DNA of 64,000 bases, taken from assembly GCA_965261735.1 (NCBI GenBank), contig OZ253470.1:2912001-2976000 (forward strand), read 5' to 3'. The position numbers and the translations under genes were made by a program. The stretch is from Alphaproteobacteria bacterium. Lineage in GTDB: Bacteria; Pseudomonadota; Alphaproteobacteria; SHVV01. Each line of letters begins with the position of its first letter. The stretch's first letter is position 1. Positions 20,473-31,985 of the stretch are shown here, in pieces. Below the pieces are notes generated by a model, which searched no databases, was not told the DNA's origin, and saw nothing but the letters and a program-made list of their open reading frames with translations.

Positions 20473-21577
20473 CTTGCCTATCCGGTTAACGCCCATGACC
20501 GCTACATGTAGGGTGCCACCACTCTCCCGAGTAAAGCTCGGCATAGGTTGGAGCAGAGGTGTCGCCCGCGATGCCGAGCAATGAGCGGAAGGCGTTGAAC
20601 GGGTAGAACCGCCTGTTGAAGCGGAAGGTGAAGTCGTTGAGGTAGGCTTGTAGGTGCTGGTGGCTAACGCCGTGGTGGATACCGATCAGCCACGTCTTCA
20701 GGTTGGCGAAAACCAGATGGATGATCGGCAGGTATTGCTCGGCAACCTCTGGATCACCACACTCGGCAACAGCGAAGTGCTCATAGCCGCGCTTACCGAG
20801 GCCAGCATAGCCGCTCCAATCGTCAGTAACGATCAGCGATCGCGGCGCGACGGTGCTCTCGACGAACCCACAGAGCGACTCGGCGCTACGGTCGAGCACG
20901 ACGGCGAGCCGAACGCGTCCGGCATAGCGTCCGTCTTTCCGGTTGTCGAGCTTGGTGCCCGGCTTTCGATGACGCACCTCGATGGCACAGGAGACGGGAA
21001 CCTTGTGGTGAACACCACGGCCTTCCCCACGCGTTCGCCCGCCAACCCAGGTTTCGTCCACCTCAACATGGTTCTTGGGCTGTCCACCGATCCTGTCTTG
21101 GTTGGGCCGCACCATGCCCGAGCGGAGCTTGTGGAGAATTTGAAAGGCCGTCTCGTAGCGCGAAAGACCAAGTTGCCGCTGAAACTGCACGGCGGACATG
21201 CCGGGCGTCTGACTGGCGACCAGATAAGCGGCCCAGAACCAGACGTTCAGCGGAGTGTGGCTACGCTCCATCACTGTTCCCACCGTCAGCCCGGTGTTCT
21301 GGCGGCACTTGCGGCAGCGCAGGACGCCAGGGCGGTTTTCAAAGTGGAACGGCTCTCCCGCCGTGCCGCAGTGCGGGCAGGCAAAGCCGTCTCCCCAGCG
21401 GGCTTTCTCCAGGTAGGCGGCGCAGGCCGCATCATCGGGGAAAAGTCGCTGGAACTCGGGTAGCGAATGCGGGAATGGGAGATCGGCGCGGTCGAGAACA
21501 TCCATGGCGCGCTCCCCTATATCCGGGTTGCGCCCATTCTAGCCCTAGTGGGTGTGGGTGTAAACCGGATAGGCAAG
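20473..21577 (-). mobile_element. IS1595-family element, type 1 copy 1 (transposase 20486-21505)
   Basis: IR CTTGCCTATCCGG; zinc ribbon CPHC..CRKC; VEVDETW, VTDDW, YL..F.FRFN. Confidence 0.95.
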
Positions 21578-21579
21578 GG

Positions 21580-22443
21580 AGTTCCGCATGCTCACCGTGA
21601 TCGATGAGTTTACCAGGCGGTGCATGGCCGTTGTCGTCGAGCGAAGATTGAACTCGGACAATGTACTCCATTGTCTGACCGAGCTCTTCGTCCAACATGG
21701 CCCGCCGGATCATATCCGTTCCGACAACGGCTCAGAGTTTACCGCTCATGCCGTCCGCGACTGGCTCGGCAGGATCGGCGTCAAGACCCTCTATATCGAG
21801 CCCGGGTCACCTTGGGAGAACGGATACAACGAGAGCTTCAACTCAAAGCTCCGGGACGAAATCTTGAACACGGAGATCTTCTCTACACTGAAGGAGGCCA
21901 AAGTGCTGATCGAACGATGGCGGCATCACTATAATACCATCCGGCCGCGAGTGCCTCTTCATCATCCCGACCACGGGGTCTCTTGCGCTGGGTTGAGCGA
22001 TGTTGGCCTGCAACAGCACAGGCACGTCGCTCGGAGATTCCCAATTCGGCCTGGAGATGATCAACACACTGCCGGCGACGGGCGGGGCTTAGCAATTTCC
22101 CTCAAGCGCCTCTTTCAAGATCAGCTTATCCAACGTCAGATCCGAGATCGCCTTCCGGAGACGGCCATTCTCCTTCTCCAGGTCCTTCAGACGCTTGGCC
22201 TGGTCAGTACGAAGGCCGCCATATTCCTTGCGCCAGCGATAGTAACTCTGCTCCGATACGCCGAGCGTGCGACAAGCTTGACCAATGGACTGGCCCTGCG
22301 CCAAGGCCACCTCGGCTTCGCGCAACATGCTGATAATCTGTTCTGGGGTGTAGCGTTTACGGCTCATTTTGTCCTCCTTTCGAGGGGGCAAAATGCGCCA
22401 AACTCTCTTAACAAATCTGGACCACTTTTAGGGGGTCACTCCA
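21580..22443 (-). mobile_element. IS3-family element with orfA (22089-22367) and an internally inverted, truncated orfB
   Basis: Left end TGGAGTGACCCCC at 22443; orfA SRKRYTPEQII; rve fragment 21580-21946 on the opposite strand. Confidence 0.85.
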
Positions 22444-22447
22444 AGGG

Positions 22448-23030
22448 TGGCCTGCCCCCGATTAGTGGTCCAGCGCTTAAGTTAGAGTTTGGCGCGGGTT
22501 AAGTTGATGGGCCAACCGTAGCCCCTCAACAGCCTAGGTTGGCCCCTCAACGTTTGGCAAGATGGTTTCTGGGGCCGGCGGTCTGTATCCGAGCGAGCTA
22601 TGCGGCCGGATGGTATTATAGTGATGCCGCCATCGTTCGATCAGCACTTTGGCCTCCTTCAGTGTAGAGAAGATCTCCGTGTTCAAGATTTCGTCCCGGA
22701 GCTTTGAGTTGAAGCTCTCGTTGTATCCGTTCTCCCAAGGTGACCCGGGCTCGATATAGAGGGTCTTGACGCCGCTCCTGCCGAGCCAGTCGCGGACGGC
22801 ATAAGCGGTAAACTCTGAGCCGTTGTCGGAACGGATATGATCCGGCGGACCATGTTGGACGAAGAGCTCGGTCAGACAATGGAGTACATTGTCCGAGTTC
22901 AATCTTCGCTCGACGACAACGGCCATGCACCGCCTGGTAAACTCATCGATCACGGTGAGCATGCGGAACTTCCTCCCATCGTGTGTTCGATCCATGACGA
23001 AGTCATAGGACCAGACGTGATTGGGCCAAC
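22448..23030 (-). mobile_element. IS3-family 3' fragment with right end
   Basis: WSYDFV, IRSDNGSEF, PGSPWENGYNESFN, RPHSSLGY; end matches 45960. Confidence 0.9.
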
Positions 23031-23230
23031 TCCGAGGGGTAGCGCTCCTGAATCTCGACCAGCTTGCCGTGAGCCTCCTCCAGTAATGCCAGTCGCTCCT
23101 GGCTGGATTCCGCTCTTTCCTACATCTGGACCAGGGTCGCCGCTGCGACCCGCAGCCGCCGCGCATCGTCTGCCCAGGCCGCACCGGACACCAGCGTCAC
23201 GAGGCTGAATACGAGAAACCATCGCATCAT
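23031..23230 (-). pseudogene. Secreted protein remnant with internal stop, truncated by IS3
   Basis: MRWFLVFSLVTLVSGAAWADDARRLRVAAATLVQM*ERAESSQERLALLEEAH. Confidence 0.4.
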
Positions 23231-23273
23231 GGTCGTTTCCTTCTAACGGGCCGCGCCGATACCGCGTCGGCGG

Positions 23274-25907
23274 TCACCGCAACAATTGGAACAGGCCGTT
23301 CACGGACTTCATAAGCCCAGACATCACCTCGGGAGGCAGCCGCCGGGCCGCGCCGGCGATGGCGACGGCGCGGGGATCGCCGGCGTAGTCGGCCGCGGGG
23401 ATGTCGGGCGAAAGCCCATCGGGGAAGGGGAAGGTCTCGAACGTGGTGGTCGGCGTGTAGCGCGGCCGGTCCTTGAGGCTGGTGCCGAGCCGCAGCGACC
23501 ACGCCTCGTGAAACCGGCTGTGCAGGATGCCGAAGGTCGTGTCGTCGTCGCGGGCGATGACGATGAGTTGATGGTCAGGGCAAACGCGAGCGTCGAGCCA
23601 GACGAATAGCCGATGCTTGGCGATCGTGGGCGTCGCGATGTAGCGCGGCAGGCCTCCGAGAGCCTTCCACATCTCCGGTCGAGGGCGTTCATGCCTCCAC
23701 CACTTGTCCCTGATTCTCTTGTCCCGGTTCTGTTGCCGCTTCGGGTAGACGTGTTCCCTGGCGTGCCGAAAGGGCTCCTCATAGAGCGCGGCATCCGCCT
23801 CCGACATGTTCCAGCCGAAATCGACGATCCACTTGTTGGCTGGGCGGCGGGTCAGGTCCATACCGTTCGCCCAGGGCTTGAGAACGTCGGCGTTGGGCCG
23901 TCCGTTCGGATTTGCGGGTAAGCGCAGCCACTCCCGCGCCAGACCTCCAGAAATGTCGAAAGCACCGCTCTTGGTGTCGCCCATGAAGGCGGTGCCGGAG
24001 TTAGCCGATAGACGCTTGGTCTGGGTCAAGTCGATCCCCACGCCCCCGCGCTTCGCCGTCAGGTCGGCGTGAATTTCGTCCACGGGCTCGCCGTCAAGCC
24101 GGACCTCGGGCGCGTGCGAGTCCTCCGAGGGGGAGAAGCACACGAGTGAGACCCGTACCGCCGCGCCATCGATCACCCAGGGTTGGTCGCTCCACGCGTC
24201 GAAGATCGGGCGTCCTTCGGTCCCGGCCTGCAAGGCCCGCCGGTTGGCTCCACCGCGAATGGAGTTGGTGGCGACCAGGCCGGCGCGGCGCGCCTTGCCC
24301 AACCCGATCTGCTGACCCGCCTTCACGAACCAGTAGCAGACGAGATCGGCTTCCGGGGGCACACGGTGCTTATAGGCCGCGAAGATTCGGGAAACACAGT
24401 CTTCGCCCAGCTCTTTGATCAGGAGCTTTCCCCCGAGAAATGGCGGGTTGCCCATCACGACATCGACCGTGGGCCAGTCCGGTTCGGTACCATCTGGCGC
24501 AAGGATCGCGTCGCGACATTCGATGGTCTCGAGGGGTTTGAGGATCGGGTCGCGGGCCTCGGTGAACCCGTTGCGCCGCATCCACTGGATTTCGCCGATC
24601 CAGACCGGCACGCGGGCGAGCTCGGCGGCGTAGGCGTTGATCTCGATCCCCTTGACGTTGGCCGGGCCGACCGCCGGGAAACCGCGTTGCAGGCCGAGCG
24701 CCTCGGCCTCAAGTTGCACCCGGTGCTCAATGTCCTTGAGCGCGTGCAGGGCCAGATAGAGGAAGTTGCCCGAACCGCACGCCGGATCGAGCACGGTGAA
24801 GGTCCGCAGGCGTTCGAGGAAGCTGCGCAGCATCCCATCCGCCTGCCGGCGCAGCCGGGTGCGTGCCCCCGGAGATCCCGCCGCCTCCGCTCGTTCGACC
24901 GTGGCGGCGATGTCGGCCTTCACGGTCTCCCACTCTGCCAGCAGGGGGCGGACGATCACCGGGTCGACGATCCGCATGATCTTGTCGCGGTCGGTGTAGT
25001 GCGCCCCGAGCTGCGAGCGCTTGTCGGGGTCGAGCCCGCGCTCGAACAGGGTGCCGAGGATCGACGGGTCGATCTCAGACCAGTCGAGCGCCGCCGCCTT
25101 GAGTACGCTGCCGATTTCGTGCCGTTCCAGCGGCAACGCGCTGTCGTCGTCGAACAGCCCGCCGTTGAACCACGCCACCGCCTCGAACCCGATCCGCCCG
25201 CCGGTCGCCATCGCCCCGAACAGGTCGCGGGCGAGTTCCGCGAACTCCTGCGGCCGCCGGCGCGCGTGCTCCAGCATCCGGGTAAACATGTCGTCGGGCA
25301 ACAGACCCGCGTCCTCGGCGAACATGCAGAACACCAGCCGGTTCACGAAGTGCGCTACCGTCTGCGGGTCGTGGCCGCGTTCCCGGAGCGACTGCGCGAG
25401 CTCCGCGAAGGTCGCCGCCGCGCGCTCGGTCACCATCTGACGCGTCTCGCCCGGCCGCAGCCGCTCCGGGTCGGACATCGCCCATTTCAGCTTGTCGCGA
25501 TTAGCGGCGTCGGCGAGATCGTCCAGCGCGAACTCGTGCGTCTCGCTCACACTGTTGGTCCAGTTGGTGCGGATGCGGAACCGCGCCATGTCGGAGACGA
25601 TCAGCAACGGCGGGTTCTCCAGCGCCAGCGCGTATTGCCGTAACTGGTTGAAGGCCGCGTCGAGGTCGGCACGCCGGCCCTTGTACTCCCAGGCGAAGCA
25701 GCCCCGCTTCCACACGTCGGCCCAGCCGTCGCCGCCGGTGTCCTTTCGCGCACCGCGCTCGAAGCAGTAGCTCTCGCCGGTCGGGTCGGCCTCCGCCGGT
25801 GTCGGCTCGCCCAGCATCCGGCACAGGTCGATGAAGTGCTCCTGCGCCGCCGAGCTTTCCTTCAACTCGGACGCCCGCCACTCGGCGATGAACGCGTCCG
25901 GCGTCAT
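23274..25907 (-). CDS. MmeI-like type IIL restriction-modification / N6-adenine DNA methyltransferase, C-terminus probably truncated
   Basis: AQEHFIDLC, ADVWKRGCFAWEYK, LGAHYT, VLDPACGSGNFL, GNPPF, RYTPTTTFETFPFP; abrupt unrelated tail after ARRL. Confidence 0.9.
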   Translation of the reverse strand: MTPDAFIAEWRASELKESSAAQEHFIDLCRMLGEPTPAEADPTGESYCFERGARKDTGGDGWADVWKRGCFAWEYKGRRADLDAAFNQLRQYALALENPPLLIVSDMARFRIRTNWTNSVSETHEFALDDLADAANRDKLKWAMSDPERLRPGETRQMVTERAAATFAELAQSLRERGHDPQTVAHFVNRLVFCMFAEDAGLLPDDMFTRMLEHARRRPQEFAELARDLFGAMATGGRIGFEAVAWFNGGLFDDDSALPLERHEIGSVLKAAALDWSEIDPSILGTLFERGLDPDKRSQLGAHYTDRDKIMRIVDPVIVRPLLAEWETVKADIAATVERAEAAGSPGARTRLRRQADGMLRSFLERLRTFTVLDPACGSGNFLYLALHALKDIEHRVQLEAEALGLQRGFPAVGPANVKGIEINAYAAELARVPVWIGEIQWMRRNGFTEARDPILKPLETIECRDAILAPDGTEPDWPTVDVVMGNPPFLGGKLLIKELGEDCVSRIFAAYKHRVPPEADLVCYWFVKAGQQIGLGKARRAGLVATNSIRGGANRRALQAGTEGRPIFDAWSDQPWVIDGAAVRVSLVCFSPSEDSHAPEVRLDGEPVDEIHADLTAKRGGVGIDLTQTKRLSANSGTAFMGDTKSGAFDISGGLAREWLRLPANPNGRPNADVLKPWANGMDLTRRPANKWIVDFGWNMSEADAALYEEPFRHAREHVYPKRQQNRDKRIRDKWWRHERPRPEMWKALGGLPRYIATPTIAKHRLFVWLDARVCPDHQLIVIARDDDTTFGILHSRFHEAWSLRLGTSLKDRPRYTPTTTFETFPFPDGLSPDIPAADYAGDPRAVAIAGAARRLPPEVMSGLMKSVNGLFQLLR

Positions 25908-26110
25908 CGCGGCGCCCGTGTGAACGCGCGACGGCGGGGGTATCGGCGCGCGCGTTCGGTTGGTGCGATAACGCTCATCGACGCACGAGCGAGGGGGGCA
26001 CACGGGGCAAGGACGAATACATCGGCGGGGTGTTCAGCCCAAATCGCAAATTCAAGAATTTATTTTGATATTATTTTTGCACACCCACGGGTCGACCTGG
26101 GTCGCACTTT

Positions 26111-28226
26111 TGTCAATTGTGACTTAAAACTTCCCATTTTTTGCGATCGAAAATTTCCCACTTGGAGGGTTCGGTCGTTCCCCCAAGCGCGGTGCTGGGG
26201 GTGTCGAACTCGGTGGAGCTGTGGGTAACCGGGTTGACGCAGCGACCGCTAAGAGTCTGGCGGCGGCAACCCGGTTATCCACAGCGGGCGGCCGCCGCCG
26301 TTGCTGTTTCCCTTTTTGGCCGGCGGTCACGACGCACCCCTCTTGCGGCGCCGATCCGAGCCGGACTGCAGCAGGTTCTGATGCTCCCTCATGCGGTAGC
26401 TGTTGCCGCGGATGTTGACGATGTGGCAGTGGTGCACCAGACGGTCGATGAGCGCCGCCGCCATCACCTCGTCGCCGAGCACGCCGCCCCATTCCTCGAA
26501 GCCCTTGTTCGACGTCAGCACCGTCGACACCCTCTCGTGCCGGGCGTGATGAGCTGGAAGAAGAGCACGGCGCCGTCCTGGTCGACTGGCAGGTAGCCGA
26601 TCTCGTCGACCACCAGCAGGGCCGGATGCGTCAGCACGCGCAACCGGCGCGACAGGTTGCCGGCGGCCTTGGCCTCGGTGAGCGATTCGATCAATCCCGC
26701 GAGCGTGCCGTAATAGACGCGCCGGCCGGATTGCGCCGCCGTGATCGCGAGGCTGATCGCCAAGTGAGTCTTGCCCACGCCGGGCGGGCCGAGATAGATC
26801 ACGTTCTCCCCTCGGTCCAGGAAGCCGAGCTCGTGCAGGCTCTCGATCTGCTCGCGCTTGATGCTGGGCTGAAAGGCGAAGTCGAACTGGTCCAGCGTCT
26901 TCACCGCCGGCAGCCGCGACGAGCGCATGGCGGTCTGGAGGCGACGGTTGTTGCGCAGCAGGATCTGGGCGTTCAGCAACTGCTCGATGGCCTCGGCCGC
27001 CGAGAGCGTGCCGCTGTCGGCCTCCGAGAGGATGCCGTCGACGGCCTCCAGCGCGCCGGGCATCTTCAGATCCGCCAGCATCGCCCTCAGCCGGTCGCGC
27101 CTGGTCGGCGCCGGGGCCTTCATTGCAGCGCCTCCGCATAGACGCTGAGCGGTCGCCGCTCGACCTGCACGGTTGCCGGCAGGCGCCGTGGCGTCGGCTC
27201 CGGAGCCTGCACGAGGCCGAGACGCCGGTAGGGATGGTTCACCAAGGGCCCCAGAGCCGCCCGCTCGTCGCGCTCGAAGCGGTCGACGGGGCGCTCCCCT
27301 GTCGTAGCGTGCCGGCGCACGTTGGCCGTGGCCTCCAGCCAGCGCGCGGCCTGCTCGTTGAGATCGTCGTCGTTCGCGAAGGTGCGCCCGTAGAAGAAGC
27401 TCTCGCGGATGTAGCGGATCGGGCGCTCCACCTTGCCCTTCGTCCGGGCCCGATAGGGACGGCACGAGCGTGCCATGAACCCCCAGTGGGCGGCGAACCG
27501 CAGGAACTCCGCGTTCAGCACCAAGCCGCCGCCGGCCGCGCGATCGTGGGACAGCATCACGGCGCGCATCTGATCGAACAGCAGCTCCTCCGGAACCCCG
27601 CCGAAGCGGTCGAAGGCGCTCTCCAGCCCTTCCATCAGGACCGCCATCGTCTGCCGAGGGTAGAAGCGCAGCCACAGTAGCCGGGAGTAGCCGAGCACAA
27701 CCACCAAGGCATGGCGCCGGCCCCAGGGAAGCGTGAAGGTCCCGAAATCCACCTGGCCCTGGCGTCCCGCCGGTCGCGTCGCCCGCACGTAGTCGTTCAC
27801 GCGAGAGTAGCTGCCCGAGTAACCCGCGGCGCAGACCTCATCGAAAAGCCGCTTCGCCGACAGCTTCGGGAACGCCTCGAGACGCGCGTCGATGATCGCC
27901 TTGTAGGGATCCAGCTTGTGGGCCACCGGAGGACGCGGCGCATACCCTCGCGCCCCAGCCGAGAGATCCCGGTCCAGTTGGCCCGTCGTGACCCAGTTGT
28001 GGATCGTGCGCCGGTTCACCCCGAACCACCTCGACAGCTCCGCCTTCGAGACGCCTTGCTCCAAATAGTGCTTCAACAACATCCTGGTCTCCCATTCGTA
28101 CATTCGCGAACCGCCTCCCGCTCTGTTGGCTTCGCCAACAGAGCGGCCCGGTGCGCCTTCAGCGACAAGCCCAAAGTGAGAAATTTTGGGTCGCTACGAA
28201 TGGGAAATTTACGGTCGTTACCAACA
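26111..28226 (-). mobile_element. IS21-family element: istA 27120-28103, istB 26327-27123 (frameshift near 26548)
   Basis: TG...CA ends with internal repeats; 5-bp TSD ACTTT; IstA QVDF/DQM/TKGKVER; IstB GPPGVGKT, DEIGY. Confidence 0.95.
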
Positions 28227-28689
28227 ACTTTCCCCCACGAACTGTAGGATCTTAAACCGTTTTCGGCTTTCCGCCCCAATAGCCAAGTGCATCGCAGTCA
28301 TAGGGGGTACCGGGGGGTGCCTTCATGGGCGGGGGTGGGGTCGCGTGCCAGTGTGCCTTCGTGCTGTGTGGCTCGGAAGTCTGCCGCATGCTGCTGTGAT
28401 GAGGGGCTGGAGACTGGCGTCATCCCCAAATCGTGCTGTCTTGGTTCGAAGAGGTCAGCGTCGCTTCCTGGGACGTTTGGTCATCGTCCACTCCGTGAGT
28501 ACGCCGTGCGTACGACAGGGTTTCTGCTGGCTCTGACCATTTCCCGAACACGTCTAGGCCGGTCTGCGCATTCTCCGCTTCCGTGGCGGTTGTAGATTGG
28601 GAGCCTCCTTGACCTGTCGACGCCGTTTCCTTCTACTGGCGCGGGGTGCACCGGCGGCCTCGGTGCGCACCAGGAAGGTCCGCCCCGAC

Positions 28690-29427
28690 ATGCCGGACGT
28701 CTCGCATTTTCTGCTGCTGCACGGCGCCTTCCACGTCGGCGCGGCGTGGGACAGCGCGATTGCCGCGCTGGCCGAAGCCGGCTTTACCGCCGAAGCCATT
28801 ACCTTTCCCGGACACGGTCGGTCAGTCGACCGCGCAGGCGTCACCTTCGCCGACTACGAAGATGCCCTGATCGCGGCACTTGACCGGCGACCCGGGCCGG
28901 TGATCCTGGTCGGGCATTCCGCCGCCGGCGTGGTCATGCAAACCGCGGCGCCCAGGGCGGCCGGCAAAGTAGCGGCGGTGGTGTTTCACAACGCTTTCAT
29001 CCTTGAACACGATCGCTCGATGATCGATTCGATCCCGCCGGAGATCGCGCGAAAGTTCCGCGCCGACGCGGCGGCGTCGCCCGACAACAGCCTCGCGGTC
29101 GACGCCGACTTCGTCGCGGCGGTGCTGATGGCGGGCGCCGATGAGGAGACGATCGACCAGACCCTCGCCGAGCTGGTACCGCAACCCTTCGGTTACTACA
29201 CCCACCGCGTCGATACCCAGCCCTTCGCCCGCATGACCTGCCCGAGATACGTGCTGCTTGCGGCCGACGACGCGTCGCTGCCGCGCGCGGCTTGGCTCGC
29301 CATGGCGGGGAGTCTGAGCCAACACAAGGTGTTCGAGATTCCGGGTGGCCACGAGGTGCTGTACACCGATCCCGATTCGCTGGCGCGCGCCCTGGCCGCG
29401 ATCGCGCACGACCTGGACGCGCGGTAG
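28690..29427 (+). CDS. Alpha/beta hydrolase (esterase-like)
   Basis: LLLHGAFH, LVGHSAAG nucleophile elbow, PGGHE. Confidence 0.9.
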   Translation: MPDVSHFLLLHGAFHVGAAWDSAIAALAEAGFTAEAITFPGHGRSVDRAGVTFADYEDALIAALDRRPGPVILVGHSAAGVVMQTAAPRAAGKVAAVVFHNAFILEHDRSMIDSIPPEIARKFRADAAASPDNSLAVDADFVAAVLMAGADEETIDQTLAELVPQPFGYYTHRVDTQPFARMTCPRYVLLAADDASLPRAAWLAMAGSLSQHKVFEIPGGHEVLYTDPDSLARALAAIAHDLDAR

Positions 29428-29623
29428 CGGCTGGGGCGTTCGCGGGTGCCTACAGCAGCTTGAGCGTAGCGACCTCGAGTCCCACGACGGCGATCATGGT
29501 GAGGAGGGTGCGTGACCTTAGCCAAGAGCTTCGGTGATCGCTGACGCATCGAGTCTGCCGAACTGCAAAAACTGAGTAGCAACACCACGGCGTAATCGTC
29601 GCTACCGTCAGGCGCGACGAGCC

Positions 29624-30340
29624 TCACTGCCGCGATCTGCGCCACCCCGCCGCCCGGGCTTCGGCTTCGGAGCAGAACCAGCGCTCGCCTTTTGAGGTGC
29701 TGATCCTGGTGCGGTCGTAGTAGCGCCCGCCGGGCACATGGTAGATGCGCACGCCGTCGCTGGAAATGTTCCCCTTGATGCGGCATCCGCCGCCGCGGTT
29801 CGCGGCGCGGGGGATGGCGTGGTTTGTCTCCATGGCCGGCCCGGTGTCTCGCGCGGCGCTCGGCAGGCGCTTGCCCCGGCGCCAATCCCAGGGCGGCACG
29901 AAGTCGCCGCGCCAGACCCCCAGCCGCGACGCTTTCGCGTCGGCTTCCTCGTCCACATAGTCCTGCGCGTACCTGCGGTAGGCGAGCGCCCAGCCCTCGG
30001 ACACCATCCAGGCGTTGAGGTCCTCGCGCCCGGCCCGGCACACCGCCACGATGCGCCCGTAGCGGTCCTGATCCCTTTCTTCGCACACGACCGAGCGTCC
30101 GGAGATCCTGTCCTCCAGCATCAGCCGCGCAAGCCGACCGCAGATCCAGAGTTCTCCCTCGGCTTGGCAGCTCTGGCCGCGCTCGGGCGCGTCGATGCCG
30201 AACAGGCGGATCCGGGTTCCATCCACTTCGATCGTGTCGCCGTCGATCACCCGTGCCCGGCCCGACACATCCGCGTGGATAGGCCATACCACCGCAACGG
30301 CCGACAGGGCGATGCAGGCTATCGTGAGGATGTAGCGCAT
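29624..30340 (-). CDS. Thermonuclease (SNase) family secreted protein
   Basis: VIDGDT, IRLFGIDAPE, DRYGR, C-terminal IKGNIS..G.RIYHVPG..YY..T.I...GERWFCSE. Confidence 0.9.
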   Translation of the reverse strand: MRYILTIACIALSAVAVVWPIHADVSGRARVIDGDTIEVDGTRIRLFGIDAPERGQSCQAEGELWICGRLARLMLEDRISGRSVVCEERDQDRYGRIVAVCRAGREDLNAWMVSEGWALAYRRYAQDYVDEEADAKASRLGVWRGDFVPPWDWRRGKRLPSAARDTGPAMETNHAIPRAANRGGGCRIKGNISSDGVRIYHVPGGRYYDRTRISTSKGERWFCSEAEARAAGWRRSRQ

Positions 30341-30629
30341 GGTCTTGCTCTGGCGCCCGAGCCCGGCTTCCGGGGCAGTGCCGATATGGTCGCATGTGGT
30401 CATGCTGGTGCCAACGCGAGGCGGCCGGTCGGTGTCGGCCGGCGAAATCACGCTGGTCGACGCTCCTCCTCTCAGCGGCGGCGGCCGATGAGCTGATGCA
30501 GGGTGCTCACAAAGGCCGCTGGAAGGGCTCGGTGCATCTCAGCGCTATCGCGATCCTGTTCGCGAAAGCGTTCTGGGCCGCTTAGCCCAATGGGCGCTCG
30601 TGTCCGGGTGCGTTACCCTGATACATTCC

Positions 30630-31985
30630 TGATGGTATGGACGCCCCCTACGGCTTCACGATGAGCCATACTGGAGTGTGTTGAACAACCCAGACAGAGG
30701 GAGCGTCCACGATGGATATTACGACAATTGGGTTTGATCTGGCAAAGACGGTGTTCCAGGTTCACGGTGCTGATGGTGAGGGACGACCGGTACTACGGCG
30801 GAAGCTGCGCCGCGGGAAGGTGCTGGCGTTCTTCGCCGGATTGCCATCCTGTCTTGTCGGTATGGAAGCCTGTGCCTCTGCGCACTATTGGGCTCGGGAA
30901 CTGCAAGCACACGGGCACAAAGTTCAGCTGATTCCGCCTCAATACGTTCGTCCCTTCGTCAAAACGAATAAGAACGACGCAGCGGATGCGGAAGCGATCT
31001 GTGAGGCAGTGACGCGTCCGACGATGCGCTTTGCACCGGCGAAAAGCGCCGAGCAGCAGTCGGTTCTGATGCTGCACCGGGCCCGAGAGCTGTTGGTCCG
31101 TCAACGCACGATGGTGATCAATGCGCTTCGCGGCCACTGTGCGGAGTTCGGACTGATCGTCGCTCAGGGGGCGTCGAAGGTGGAGGAACTGGTTGCCATT
31201 ATCGAAGATCCCGGCGATGTGCGACTGCCGCCTCTGGCACGCGAGGCGCTTGGCTCTCTGGTTGAGCAGCTCCGTTCTGCTCAGGCCCGGATCAAGCAGC
31301 TGGAAGTGACGCTTTTGGCATGGCACCGCTCCAACGAGGCGAGCCGCCGTCTTGCGACGATCCCCGGCGTCGGTGTCATCACCGCGACGGCGCTGGTCGC
31401 GACGATCGGCGATGGCGCACAGTTCCGCTCGGGCCGACAGCTTTCGGCCTGGCTCGGTCTCGTGCCCCGGCAGCACTCGAGTGGCGGCAAGGATAGACTG
31501 GGACGGATATCGAAGCGCGGGGATGGCTATATCAGGCGCTTGCTCGTGCATGGTGCGCGAACCGTGCTGCGCTGGCGCCGCGCCAAGCCGGGCACGGGGC
31601 CTGGCTGGACCGACCGGCTCCTGGCGCGGCGGCCGACAAACGTGGTGCTGGTCGCCATGGCCAATAAGACAGCCCGTGTCGCCTGGGCACTGCTCAGGTA
31701 CGAGCGTATCTACCGACCGACGCCGGCATAGCCAGCTGGCAAACCGGGATCAAATTGCGAGGGTGACGACGATTTGATGGCGAAACAGGGTTCCACCCGA
31801 GATCGGCCAAACCCGAGGCATTGTCCGAGCATCAAGCTCGTTAGTCTGACTGGGCGTCGATCTTTCGGATTCCATCAGGGCCAGCGGTCAGCGTACCGCA
31901 GCGAAAAGGCCGGATACATGACTGCAAGCTCTACCGCCGATTCAAATCAGTTTTCCCCTTGCAACACCGGGGGCGTCCATACATG
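30630..31985 (+). mobile_element. IS110 family, IS1111 group element (transposase 30712-31731)
   Basis: DLAK/EAC/KNDAAD (DEDD), GLVPRQHSSGGK; 13-bp subterminal IR TATGGACGCCCCC (30636-30648 / 31969-31981); TG core. Confidence 0.95.
31732..31968 (+). ncRNA. Predicted bridge/seek RNA region of the IS1111 element
   Basis: Long 3' non-coding end containing segments that match the donor junction and the target flank (see findings); exact RNA ends unknown. Confidence 0.7.

Noticed and set aside
28300-28320. GGGGGTA integrase arm-type repeats
   Set aside because: Degenerate, with no convincing core site or integrase nearby.
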